A stretch of DNA of 62,383 bases, counting the filler, from Phoronis australis (taxonomy: Eukaryota > Animalia > Phoronida): NCBI GenBank assembly GCA_002633005.1. It is 9 parts of 9 records of this genome, joined end to end, with 100 filler letters (N's around TTAATTAATTAA, not from the genome) between each part and the next. Parts side by side here need not be neighbours in the genome. Positions count along the whole stretch, not along the records: positions 13,619 to 36,180 come from NMRA01000383.1; positions 36,281 to 48,083 come from NMRA01000153.1; 7 more parts are not named here. One strand, 5' to 3'. The notes below the pieces were generated by a model. The model was given only the letters and a program-made list of their open reading frames with translations. It did not search any database and was not told where the DNA came from. Positions 26,602-39,814 of the stretch are shown here, piece after piece. The translations under genes and the position numbers were made by a program. How positions within the stretch are numbered: the stretch's first letter is position 1; every line of letters begins with the position of its first letter.

Positions 26602-28421
26602 GATACGGACTGATTACACCGGCAAATTTTCGTCTGATGAGGACGAGTACTGGGTATCACATTGTGTTGCCTCGTCTCAAACAGGCATCCCTGGTGACCC
26701 GACATTTCACACTAAAATTTCTCATTCCGGCAATACGGAGAACGCCACTTGAGTGGACGTTAAACTAGGACATTGACTTTACCCCTACCACGTACGTCAC
26801 GAGAATTAAAGCAGCATTCCAAGCGGGAGATTTATCTGAGCTTCGTTAGAGAACAAAAGTTTACTTTTTGATGTTGAATTCTTTGTGAAATTGGTCAACA
26901 ACTCATAGAAAACTATGCAAAATTCATTCAAAATGAAATACAGTTCCCTTTTATAAACGGGTGATAAGACAAGCTATGACACGAGACTTCTGTTGCAACA
27001 CAGTTCGTTTCAAAAAAGGCCTCAGAAATGGTGTCGAGGGTATTTGGGGGTAATGGTGTCGAGGGTATTTGGGGGTAATGCAGATCTGACCATTTGTTTT
27101 AACTAATTTTGTGGTTGTGTGGAATCAAAAAGATTGTATGCCGGGCTGGATTTTGTCGGCATAATCCTCAAATTTAAGATGGCCGCCATCAGCCGCAATG
27201 AAATTGGCAAGTCTCAATAAATGTCTTTCAAAATGAGTATGATACACCAAACTATAGGTTATCAGGTATGACAAAATCGATTTTGTTATAGTTTTTGTGA
27301 TTTGAGGTCAATGTCAAGCGAAAACGTCAAGGTCAAGGTCTCATTGCGCCCTACATGTTCCATTGGAAATACAGTGAGCACAAATATTTCAGGGTATCTT
27401 TACACATATATTCAGATTAGTTTTAAAGAGTGACTTATGCAGAGACATTATCGGTGAGAAAAATGGTTTTATGATATCAGCCATAACGTAAACTTGGAAA
27501 ACACAGTTCATACCTTTGCTGGCGGGACTAAATACCACTATCTAATTTGAAGCCTAACAGGAATTTTACATTCTTAGTTTTCTCCAATATATTCGACTTA
27601 CCTTGGATTAAAATGGTAACTGAGCAATAACTATAGCAAATCGAATACATATTGTATATTTTACGCGAAACTGTGAAAGGCTGCCAGTTGTGTGGCAAAA
27701 ACAAATCAATTCAGAGCAGCGCGACTGGAGCTCAAGACAAAATTTTAGAGCATTTTAAGCCTGAGTAGATTTCAGCCAATCTGTCGGACAAGGGCTACAA
27801 TTGGAGATTAGCAATGAAATCACAAAAACACAACTTTTTTATTTCGTAGCTCAAAGGTAATCACTTCAAGAAGTCTTATCTCACCCAACGTCATCAGAAA
27901 CACAACACGTGACTTTTGGCTGTAAAACCGATTATGTCCCCTTGACACAACAATTTCAAAAGAAATAAAAATTGTATCTCACCACAGCTGTAAGGTCTTT
28001 AAAAACACACCCTATGGCACATTGCTCAGATGACTTGCATGTATTTTTTTCTAAACTGTAGTGAGCTAACAAATACGTGGCAGTATATACAGTAACAATT
28101 GATCGCCAACTCTCATTGCACAGGATCTGCGATCTTGCGAGCAAGCCGCGATTAACGCTGTTGGGTGCGACGTCGCTATTCACTAGCGGCGCCTGGTGTG
28201 ATACATTTTATTTCTGGTAAATACGTTGTCTCAGTAACCGGTTGTACACTGGAAGAGAGTGTCACCTCCTCTGCGAATTTTATTGAAAACATCGGAGTTG
28301 TGAATCTCTTGCCTACGACCTACATATGTACTGTATGATGACAGCAAATTTATTTAGTAATTGTGTGGAATCAAACTTTTTATCAAGTATTAAATCACTT
28401 TTCCCATTAAATAGACCTTAA

Positions 28422-30059
28422 AAGGGGACTGTAGTCAAAATAATGTTGCAGTTAATCGGTTCTAACATACAAATATAACTCACATTTGCCTGACTTGCGT
28501 GCCAAACAAAAGCCAATTCGTATTCATGGTCAAAACACTTAATTCTGAAAGCGAACGCTGATTGGCTGATGTGTCAGTGACGTGAACAGCGGGGTATCGG
28601 CTGCTTTGCACATTCATTGCTTATGTCATATTTGAAGAGTTTACATCGTAATTTATCATTGTATCAATCGTCCTTATTTTTTATTGTTTGCCACAGTGCT
28701 GTAAAAGGTTCGCTATGCCTTTTTGTATGGCACCTGGTTGCTCAAACTCTTCGAAAAAGGCGTCTTCTAAAGGGATGGTCATCGCATACCATCGCCGGGT
28801 TACCCAAGCCTTGGCCCAAAGCTCAGTGTATACTAGATATAGGCCTACAGGTTTAAGCCGATATGGGTAAAAAATGTGCAAATAAAATCTGACTCAAATA
28901 AATGTCATTAAAATTAAGTCATCCTTGAGTAAACCTAGGAAACAGGTTCCTAGAGTAAACTAACTTCTGTATTTACCGGTGTTGGAAATGTTAGCGATCG
29001 TTCATCGGCTGGTGCTAGTAAAATTGTGATGTGTTTTCTTGAGTCGGCTTTTTGCGATTACGTCACCTGACCTTTACCAGTTTCTTTTCCCCCTGATTCT
29101 TTTATCATGTGTTCGTCGCTGACGGTACCTAGGTTGCGTACATGTTATAACAAATTATCGGAGCTTGTTTCATTTTGTTTCAAGTTTTTAGTATTTTTAC
29201 ACCAGCAAACCGAATTTTAGAACAACCTTGGTGCTGCGAAGCTGTTATGATGTCCCGAAAGACGTCTCAAATTTTTATGAAATGGCGCGTGCGCCGTGTC
29301 ACGAGCGTGCTGTTCTTGAAACGGACAACACACTTCTTTGTTAAAAAGGCGGCAAATTATGCTACCAAAGGACGTTTATTTGATTGTTTTCCACTTAAAC
29401 GGCTGCAACGAACAATGGAAGTGTCGGGTGACTATATCAGATTTTGCATGCGCCCCCGCCGGTCCGTTAGCTTTATATGTTGATGTAGCCTAAGTTTTAC
29501 GACGAGGTGACGAGCATAACTGAGTCAACTATACCCGGGTAGTCAACGGCTGTCTGAAATTTCGGGGTTAACGGAGCTCAACACACAGTGGTACGATAGT
29601 CTTCATACAGGTACAGTCGGTAACTTACCAACCCTTCAAGTTTACAGAGCTGCCGGAGTATTGGCTGACAACTGGCTGACTGGATGGCTAGAGTCCACAT
29701 TGCCCTCGGCACAGTCACTGACACCAGTTACACCGGTAAATTTTCGTCTGACGATGACGATGACTAGGTATCACTTTGTGTTGCCTTGGCTCAAACAGGT
29801 ATCCCTTGTGACCCGAAATTTCACACTAGAATTTCTTATTCCGACAATATAAAGACGCTACTTGATTGCACGCTAACACAGGACAGTGACCTTGCCCCCG
29901 CCAAATACGTCACGAGACTAAGCAGCGCTCCAAGCCCGTAATTTTTTGAGCTTTGTTAGAGAACATAAGTTTAATTTTTGGTGTTGAATTATTTGTGAAA
30001 TTAATCAACAATTCATAGAAAACTATCCAGAATTTATTCAGAATAAAATACAGTTCCTT
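28422..30059 (+). mobile_element. Non-autonomous Kolobok-type DNA transposon, copy B (uninterrupted, ~1.64 kb)
   Basis: TTAA|AAGGGGACTGTA ... TACAGTTCCTT|TTAA. THAP-like start MPFCMAPGCSNSS at 28715 (plus). GYLFEP on minus at 29787-29804, resembling the N-terminus of the Kolobok accessory protein KolX. Confidence 0.8.
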
Positions 30060-33000
30060 TTAAGGTGTATTCAAAATTGTATATTTTCTAGCACACCAAA
30101 AATAAGTACGGACGTACTTTCAAAATAGTGTGCTTGCAAATGTAAAATGACCTAACGACATCGATATAAAATGACTGTACATTACGGTGACAATGGTAAC
30201 GTTACCTATATTTATTTTATGTCTAATTCAAAATGTAGTGGAACAACGAATAAGCCTATTTTCTGTTTTTATGAAGCCTTGTTTATAGTTGTCACACATT
30301 GAAACTGTTTATTTGTGGAAACTAGCAAACAGCAGAAATAATTAATTGTGGCTCGAGAAGTAAATCTATGGGGGCTTATATTCGAAAAAAACTCCGAGTA
30401 TAGTCCCATAGGTATTGATTTCACTTATCGTTCAGGAGTGAATTTAAGAAATCTTAAATGTCAAGTAAAACTATGCAGTGCCTTAATAAAAAGGTGATTT
30501 TATTTTGACAGATGATTCTATTCAGCAGAACTACAAAGCGTAAAGTTTCAAATTATCGCCGGAGAATGCACGGTACCTGCTTAACGAACACTCCTGGCAG
30601 GACCTGCCATTTTAACATTATCCAAATGTGTCTGATTCCATAATCAACAAAAGTAGAAATCGTTTTGATATACCATAGTTATGTTATTCCATCGTCACTA
30701 CGAATAAATTCACGGACATGACGCTTTACTTGCTTACTCACTGAAAGCAAATGCTACCCACTTTTTATAGTGTTATATAAATTACCATAACGGGCTTTCT
30801 TGTTCCCTCAATCCAGTCGCCAAAATTGTCACAGTTATTTATTTACAACTATGTTTTTTTCAGTCCGTTGTCCAAGCCATGTTCTTCATTGTTGCGACAT
30901 TTCAGTTGTGGTTTATCGAATTGAATATCGCCAGCCCTCTGAACGAGAAGCTCGTGAAGGTCTGCGACCAAGATCCTGGCGATGCATATAATTGGGGCTA
31001 TGACGTCATGGGCGCCGAGTAAACGGAGAATTGCTGCACGAGCGAGACCTATTTCAAAGAGTGTTTCGCCATCAAAGTCCTAATGGCTTCACCCAGGCGT
31101 CTGGCTACCATGCAAAAGCGCTTCAAGTGCCCCGTGCTTGGTTCAAGCGTACCGTCACTCAACGCACCGTTACATAAGTCAAAATATTGTGTTTAACTGC
31201 AGCCGATTTGTCTTAATGGGCTTTATTGAGAATATAACTCATGTGTGCACGTTTATTGAACCACTTCGTCTTACAACTCTGAACTGGGTGAGAATTCTTA
31301 TTGGGCATAATGTGAGCTTTTTCAAATTAGTTGTCTTAGATTGCAATTTCTCAATGTTATCATCCCTGATCCTCCGCTTCGGAAAATACACCAGATGGCG
31401 CTTTTAAAACCATTTTTGTTGTACGTGGCAAGGTATTCTGTCATCCAAATTTACATTGGATTGATTGCGTTACTACCACTATTACCTCCTGATGGAATTT
31501 AAAACTCTTTGCTATTAAAACGTAAATACCTTACAAACTAGTAGATTGTTTAGTGATATTTTCTCTATATGGTGTGCAAACGTTTGAAATGTCAATGAAT
31601 CATCAGTGCTTAATAAGTGGAACATGTGATAGTTCTGTTCACTGATCAGCAATTAAGACCACGGTGCCTAGAAAATCATACATGTATCTCCCTTCATTAA
31701 ACAATGATTGCTTAGCTTGTGTAACGTAGAATTACTTTGTTCACCAACTTTCCTTTGCATGGAAATTGTGAAATAAATCGGTAAAACCTTAAAAAATAGT
31801 CTAAAAATTTTCCGTGGCAAAAAAGCAATAGACTTCAACCACTATAAGAGAGAACAATGGCGGTTTAAATGAAGAAGTCCAATTCTACAAATCTTAGTAA
31901 ACACTGCCAGAACTGTTGGCATTTTGACACGCTTCGTTACCTAGGGTTAGTGCTGATGCTCTTTTTTGGTGATGGAAACCATCAAATTTTCATCACGGTA
32001 TAGAAAAGTTTGCGACAGGTTTTGTGCGGCTGAATAATTTCTCGTTTTGGGTAGTGCAAACATGTACGAAGGGAATGCGTACATGTAGCAATCCGTGGAA
32101 CACGCGTAGCTTTGTCAAACGAAAGTAACGCTTATAATAAATGAATTGCGAAACATATTCAGTTGTTGTGTTTGTTGACAGTAAAATCTATGTTCTTCGC
32201 CAGCATGTTTTGGTTTAGTTCACAATTGTTTTGTTGTATGCTTTCTGCAATTAGCATAGTACGGTAGTAGTTCGAAGTTTCTGCTATTAACGAATAAATG
32301 TCATCCTACAAGTACAATCTTTAGTTTTCGCTGTAGCAATTGCTATCTACCTGATGTTTTCAATAAAAATGCTTAACGCTGGTAAAAGTGAATCACGTTC
32401 TGTTACTGCATCTCTGCTTCCAGGTGGGGGTGCCGATAATATTCTTGATTCGGGACACATCTAGAAAATTAGTATACCCACCCATTTAAAGAGCGGACTC
32501 GGAAGAATTCAACCATTTGTAGGGTGCTTCATTCAAAAGGTTATTCTTTCGCAGAGTTTTGTTCCGGAAACGCCGTCCTTTTTTAGTACTCTGAAACAAC
32601 TGAAGTTTGAACACATTAAACCTTCCCCACTACAAAAAGCCATGCAGTGTTGTCAAACACATCTTTTGTATCTGCATTTTTAGAGATATGGATAATATGA
32701 AATGTCCTTGTGTACTTTTAAACATTAAACTACTTCTGTAGAGTGCGCCCATATGTGAGGATTAAATCGAGAAATCTGCCCTTTCGTAGGAACTTTTGTC
32801 AGAAAAGGCACCATTTTGGCATCGAAACGGGTCGTGAACAGCGACCCTACTGAGTACCACGTCTCGCATACCTCTTTCAAGGGAGGTCACGTGCTCGAAG
32901 TGAGTGGAGACCAAAGGCCAAAACCGTAAACGCAAGCATCAGCGAAAAAGTGTACATGAAAACGAAGGGGGTGAAAAGAGCAACACGAATTGTACGAGGA

Positions 33001-33928
33001 CACATGTTGACTGAGTTTGACGTAGCAACGTTAACGCATTGCACACTACGGAAAAAGTTCGTTAATGTAGGAGTCCAGTCTCTAATTTCGGACGCAGAAA
33101 TTCATGCACAATAATTGGTAATTCATTACGACTAAATGGTCCCAGCTCATGCACTTTGAATAAAGGTAACCATACTCAGCAATTCCCATAACCAAAACTT
33201 CGTAATTTTTAAACTCGGCAACTTAAACTTTGGTAATTAACCAAGAAAACTGATTATGGCTAAATAAATCGCGGTTTTCGGATAAGCGTTTCAGGCCTAG
33301 TAAATTTTGGGTTTTTTGAAATTTAGGTGTTATTATAATATTGCGATTGAAAAGTTTATGTAACTCAGAAAGACACCGTTATACCTGACTGCCATGTGAA
33401 CGCATTAACTCTTGAAAATTCACACTACAGACTGGACTGACTCTAGTAGCAGGGCATACGAACTGTCTTAATATCTAACCAATTTCACGACAATAAAGCG
33501 ACAGAACATCTGCGGTAATCATGTGACATATTCCACGTCCTTCCATCAGGTACTGAATTGTTGATGTACAAAACAATCCCTCTTCAAATTCTCGTTTACA
33601 AAAGATAACACATCAGTTAAGTACTTCCACACGAACGTATCCATTAAAACACCAGAGTATTGTTAAACCATTGATTTATCGCTAGGTCTACTCGTTGAAA
33701 GCGACGTGATTTTTTTCCAAGGTGAAGTCGGGAAAGCGCTGTTAGCGCTGCATCTGAGGAGTGTGTAGATCCGGGCAATTGACAACAAAAAGTGTGTTTT
33801 AATGTGACCATCACCCAGTCACCTGTTTATTTCAATTAAAAAAATATTTGGCATAAAAAGGGCTTATTTTCTGAGAGTTTACGGTATTCGTTTCATATTA
33901 TCTAATTGAAACCGCAAAAATTAAGAAC

Positions 33929-34280
33929 TTTCGTGGCAGGCACTCTTTAATAGCATGGTATATCACACCCATGTATTCAATATCCCCAAAACGAGAAAAT
34001 AGCACGAGTGAAACATGCAATGAACGCACCTAGCGCCAGTGGGTTATGTCTATCAACATGCGAGTTTCTTGTACAAAATTGTGCCATATCCGCGCTTCTC
34101 TGATNTTTCGTGGCAGGCACTCTTTAATAGCATGGTATATCACACCCATGTATTCAATATCCCCAAAACGAGAAAATAGCATGAGTGAAACATGCAGTGA
34201 ACGCACCTAGCGCCAGTGTGTCATGTCTATCAACATGCGAGTTTCTTGTACACAATTGTTCCACATCCGCTCTTCTCTGA
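33929..34280. repeat. 176-bp tandem duplication flanking a single N (probable assembly or haplotype overlap)
   Basis: 33929-34104 and 34106-34280 are near-identical with a few substitutions and are separated by n at 34105. The same pattern (30 bp) occurs at n57800. Confidence 0.8.
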
Positions 34281-35075
34281 TGTCCCGCGAGAAAGTGAAA
34301 AGAGCCACAGCGTTGTCAATTAGTTATCACAACCACCATGAAGGCAACGCTAAGGATTATTTATTATACCTCAAACCAAGGAAAAATGAGCAACAATACC
34401 TGAAGACGTTTCAACTAAATACAATAGAGGAGGGCTACTTATTAACATGTTGTCAGATAATGTTTACAGGAGTTCTAATTTTCACAACTCAACTGGTGTG
34501 CTTGTTTTTTTAGTCTTTTGATATGAAATTGGTGATTTTTAGCACTTTAAGGGGTTTTAAGTACCCTGACCTCCAATCATAGATCCACAACTGGAAAGAA
34601 CTCTTGGGAAAATAAATATTTCAACTGACTTGTGAATTTGATGACCCGTGTAAAGCGACTCGGTGTCCCCGGCTTGAATTCAGCCTCCGGACACTAAGTA
34701 TGTGAAACAAAATATGGGCATTTGGTTAAGGACGCAACAACCATTCAAGTGCAGCCAAGTAGAACACTGGGCATAAGTGAAGTGTGTTCTGCTACACCGG
34801 CCTGCACCAAGTTCACCCTGGAGGGGTCGGGAAAATGGAACAATCTCCCCTATCCCCTTCAAATATGCCCCTTAACGTTTCACAAGAGAATAGAACAATA
34901 GTTGGGGCAACCCTAAAATGACAGGATCAACAGTTTCCCAAAAATAAAATGGCTGTGAGATGATGACATAATCGGTGCCCCCTCAATATAAAAGGATTAC
35001 TGTGCCTTATTTCCCTTTTGTGGACTAAGAACTCACGTTTAAGTCATTCGACTCTTACTACTATCAAATATAAGC

Positions 35076-35648
35076 ACAGCTGCTGTGTACTGGAGCAACA
35101 AAGTCTAGTTTCAGGACAGCTGTAGTATACTGGAGCAATTGAGTGTGACTCCAGGACAGCTGTTGCGTACTGGAACAACTGAGTGTTACTTCAGGACAGT
35201 TGTTGTGTATTGGAGCAATTGAGTGTGACTTCAGGACAGCTGTTGTGTACTGGAGCAATTGAGTGTTACTTCAGGACAGTTGCTGTGTAGTGTAGCAACT
35301 GAGTGTGACTTCAGGACAATTGTTGTGTACTGGAGGAATTGAGCGTGACTTCAGGACAGTTGTAGTATACTTGAGAAATTGAGTGTGACTTCAGGACAGT
35401 TGTTGTGTAGTGGAGCAAGTGAGCGTAACTTTAGGACCACGTACTGGAGGAATTGAGCGTGACTTCAGGACAGTTGTAGTGTACTAGAGCAATTGAATGT
35501 GACTTCAGGACAGTTGTTGTGTTCTGTAGCATTTGAGTGTGACTTCAGTACAGTTGTTGTGTACTGGAGCAATTGAGCGTGACTACAGGACAGCGGTTCC
35601 GTACTGAAACAACAGAATGATTTCTCGACAGTTGTGTACTGGAGAAAC
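35076..35648. repeat. 40-bp minisatellite, about 14 copies (TGGAGCAATTGAGTGTGACTTCAGGACAGTTGTTGTGTAC)
   Basis: Contiguous diverged units with no unique spacers. Confidence 0.95.
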
Positions 35649-35921
35649 TAACGACGTGACTTTATGTTTTATACACATAAAGGTTACACACTACAAATGC
35701 AGTAAACTAAGATATATGGACCAATAATGCACTACAATATCCGTAATTTTTAAACTGCCCGTCATTATGTAAAATTATATATGAAATTGTTTACCAGAAC
35801 AAAAGTTTGCCCAAAAAGATTTCAAGGAGAAGGTTATAACTTTGGAAGTGATGACTGAAAAAAAACATATTCATTGGCCTCTAAAACTACTTGCGATTTC
35901 AAGTGATGTACACTGAAGTTT

Positions 35922-36180
35922 ATGGCACCCAAGAAAGCCACCAGGGCATCCACCCGCAAGTCTGCAAGTCCCTTCGCGCGTCCTCCACCAGCGCCACCAG
36001 CATCATCCGAAATCCAGCCATTGCCACCCGTCATTGACTATGCTAAGCTGGCTGCAGAATTGAAAAGGCTCCATGACGCAGATTCTACCGCTCCGCCGCT
36101 CACCGTTAGCCAGCCGCTGGACCTGTCACCTTCGATCTACCCCTCCCAGCCGACGTTCACTGCCCCACCTTCAGCCTCCG
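35922..36180 (+). CDS. N-terminus of a Pro/Ser-rich protein, possibly a DIRS/Ngaro-type gag-like ORF1; cut by a spacer
   Basis: MAPKKATR... basic start, IDYAKLAAEL helix between low-complexity P/S/A segments, and an abrupt GC rise relative to the flank. The family assignment is from recall only. Confidence 0.35.
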
Positions 36181-36639
36181 NNNNNNNNNNNNNNNNNNNN
36201 NNNNNNNNNNNNNNNNNNNNNNNNTTAATTAATTAANNNNNNNNNNNNNNNNNNNNNNNNNNNNNNNNNNNNNNNNNNNNGGCTAACTAAGGTCTGCCGC
36301 GGCAGTGTGACACAGGACTAACCAGCCCATAATTTCATGCAAGTGTCTGAAACTACCCTTGAATATATGCAGCATTTATCATTTGACCATTTTACTTCGA
36401 CAAAACAGCTTGCAACCGCATGCATTTACCGTTCGCCAGTGTCTGGTCTCGATCCGCACCGGGTCCGATAGGCTGCGGTCCCGAGTCTAGCAAAATAATT
36501 TCTGTCAAAATTTATTCGCCACATTTCTTCAGCAAATTCCATAAAATTGTCCGTAGTTTGATTTTATTAAAATTAAGGCGCACTGTCGATTTTTTTATCC
36601 CCGTTTGCTGGCTGGTAAAAGTACAGGCACTGCTCCAGT

Positions 36640-36760
36640 CGCACTGACGGCGTTTTCTCGGCCTGGGTTCCTGAATTGTACTTCCGGGTTCGCGGCAAGT
36701 TCAAAATGGCGATGTTTCTTCGGGTGCGAATCGTGAGTGGCGCGTTCATTTAAACTGTTT
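36640..36760. promoter_or_regulatory. CpG-rich housekeeping-type, possibly bidirectional, promoter
   Basis: ETS site ACTTCCGG (36680-36687) and YY1-type CAAAATGGCG (36702-36711). Plus-strand donor GTGAGT at 36733 after ATG-MAMFLRVRI. Minus-strand donor CG|GTAAAT near 36428. Confidence 0.5.
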
Positions 36761-39700
36761 TCGAGTACGGATCGTGTATTAGTTATGGGGTAGGTACTTC
36801 TTGGATCCTTATAACATCTTCTAACCATGTAATAAGGGTTAACAACGAGTGAGAGAAGGACTTTAACTCCCCTGTAAAATTTGCACTTCCTCTTACTTTC
36901 TACTATCAACAACCAACTTTGAAAGTTACATCTCTCAGCCTTCGCTTGAATTCCGACAAAAATATTGCTCATCACCGACTCCTGAGTCAACCAAACATAA
37001 CCGAAACCAGTTGTAAACAGCAAATACGAGTACACCAACTATTTTGACCGTGCAATTGCCTTTCGTATAACAAAGTATTGGATACACTCTGCATATGCAA
37101 ACACCTCCATCTTCACAGTTTACAAATTCCATAAGTTTCAACACAGAAAACGTACCACAGTTGCAGTTGCAACTCAGAATTAACTAATATTTTTTGTAAT
37201 TGCAGAGTGAAAGTTAAGTACTGCCAGGCAAGTTCCAGTGTTTCAAATTAAAATCACCTCTCCAAAATCCAGGAATTTTTATTCCATTCAAGAAATGACC
37301 AATTCAATGTGAAGTACACCTAGCAAACAGTGGAAGCTGGTTAACAAGTCTGGCCAGACAGATTAATAACACAGACCAGGTGTGTTAATAGAACTGTACA
37401 CTCAACACACAGTGGTGGTCATTAGATAACCAAAGCACTGTCTGACCAGCAGAGAGCTAGGTCCAGAGGGGCAGGCGGCCCAGTGCCAGTTACCCTTGGG
37501 ACAACAGTTGCCCCCTCCCCCAGTTCAGTTGTAAGTCCACATATGAACAAGGACAAGCCTACCAACCAGTGACAATATGGGAAAGAAAAGAAAAAAGTCA
37601 GTCTACGCATGTTTCACCAAAGTAAATTGTGTGTTTCAGCTGAGCTGTGCACAGGCACACCTGATAATTACTACTGTCTTGACCACAGTGCCATACCTAC
37701 AATGCCTTACTCTTTATTAAAACACGGTCTGTCATTGTGTTTACTCAATGGAAGTGAATGGAGAACCAAGTTGCGGGTCATTTGCTAGGCCCTTCAAGTC
37801 ACTTTCTATTGTTCTACAGATAGCAAATTCATGGTAGATGAACGGTAATCGACCCTGAAAAAATAACCAGGGACACACATTTTTAATAAACTTATCATCA
37901 AAAATGGCTGTCTCGTTCCATGGAAAGCAGATGCAAGCAAAGGAAGAGCAATTTATGGTTCACCAAAAATGTATTTCCAAGATAACCAGCTATCTGTATA
38001 TTTACTAAAGATTATCACCACTCCACTTTAAAAGTTGACCACTATCCGTAAACTAATTTTGGGTGCAGCATGATAAACAAAAGAAAAGTGGTTTGTTTTT
38101 CATACCTGGTTTCCAATACGTTAAATTTGTCTCAAAGCTTAACCATGATTGTTGGCTCAACATGCACACCATCCTCACTAGCAACAAAACCACAAATGTT
38201 ACACCTTCCACAACACAGGGGCCTGGCTTCACACCATAGACAGACGGTCATTATGGGAACACTCAAGGAGATCTGGAACAAAGAGCCTCCATGAGCAAAA
38301 ATCTTGGAGAACAGAGTGTTTTATGTTTCATTTGAAGATGTTGAAGATTCAAAGACGAAGAAGTAGGATTGTGTTAAATCGCTAACTTTGACAAGGTGCA
38401 AACTGACCTGCTGTGCCACCACACAGAAATGATCAATCAAAAGCCATTCAGTGACCACATGGTACCACAAAGGAAAGTCCTAATATAAGCAGCTGCAAAA
38501 AACAAATCAACACTTGAAACAACTTTGGGTTTAGATGGGCAGTTGGCAAAGAACAAAATGATTCCTTAAGATATATGGAAGATTGGAAGGCAGACCACAA
38601 TGACACAAACTCAATAGAAAGGCCACCAAGGGGCACAACATAGGTCAAATCCTTCTCAAACAGGCCCAAAGCTGTTGTCCAATATTATAGTAACTTATCT
38701 GCCAAATGTCATGGACATCCATCTAGGAACTTGACAGACATCAAGGCAAATGCAAAGAAAAACAAAACTGCCACCAGGATATGGAACTGTCCCAACATCT
38801 AGTACAGTACATCAAATGATTATTGAGAACCAGTTTGATAGATGTTATTCAACAAGGAACTGGTATTGAGCCATAGACAAAAATAAAACTGCTTCATGAG
38901 CGTGTCACAGCAGTCAGACCCATTGAAATATCATCGTCAGCCATGTACTTCTCAGTAGAAACACATTTACATTACAATCCTTCCAATGATTTGGCTGCCT
39001 GTTAGAGAGGCCGAAACTAGATACAAAAATAAGAGAACAGATTGCCAATTACTACAGCTTCACTATTCACAGGCCTTCAATAATATTAATGAACTGTGTC
39101 TAACTTAAAACTTTAAAATTAAATTAGCTGTTTCTCTGATTTTGCCAATGTGTAGACCATCCATACACGGAATTTAGATAGAGCAGATTTTCCACTTACA
39201 TACCGTAGTATTAAGAGTTATGACTGAGGGCGCCGCCAATGGCGACAAGAGGACTTCATCGTGAAACTTGGGTTCATTTTAAGAATCTTCTAGCCCCAGG
39301 ATCCTGCAGAAAAAATAACAGCACCCAGTTGACTGTTGGGTACTACTCCTAATGTGGGTGCACGAATCTCTAATTATAATAACTGGGCTGAATCATGCTA
39401 GAGGGATTGACAATTCCATTAAAATTAATACTAAATCGATAGTAATCACGCCCCAGACAGCTCGACAAAAGTAGTGGGGGTATTTGAAACAACAACAAAG
39501 CCAGCTTCACACTTGGGGCATTCAATGTATATCAGTGATATGTAGGTGGACAGATGAGGGAGAGACAGTGACAAGCTCGAGTTTCTAAGTCGAATAGTCC
39601 ACAATTCATGTATGCATATCAGATTAGGTGAAACTGGATCTGTTCAAAAGCAAATTCAATTGAAAACAATATTCTTATAAAAGATCACGAGTGCCAGCAT

Positions 39701-39814
39701 TATCATTGGCATGACTTAATATTTTAGTAGAACTTGCACAAGTCAGGCACATATAAGTTGAACAGTTAAGTTGTATGGTTCGTGCACTCAGCCTTTCCAA
39801 TAAGACGGATTTCT

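Larger units (their letters stand above)
22458..26950 (+). mobile_element. Non-autonomous Kolobok-type DNA transposon, copy A, interrupted by two nested elements
   Basis: TTAA|AAGTGCACTGTA ... TACAGTTCCCTT|TTAT. THAP-like start MPFCIALGCSNSS at 22735. Colinear with copy B once the inserts at 23053-25473 and 26085-26601 are removed. Confidence 0.75.

Noticed and set aside
33929-34280. Biological tandem duplication
   Set aside because: The copies meet exactly at a single N, as also at 57800, which is typical of unmerged overlapping haplotype ends.
35076-35648. CRISPR-like appearance of the 40-bp array (also the 27-bp array at 4625-4858)
   Set aside because: Units are contiguous with no unique spacers, there are no cas genes and the context is eukaryotic: these are ordinary minisatellites.
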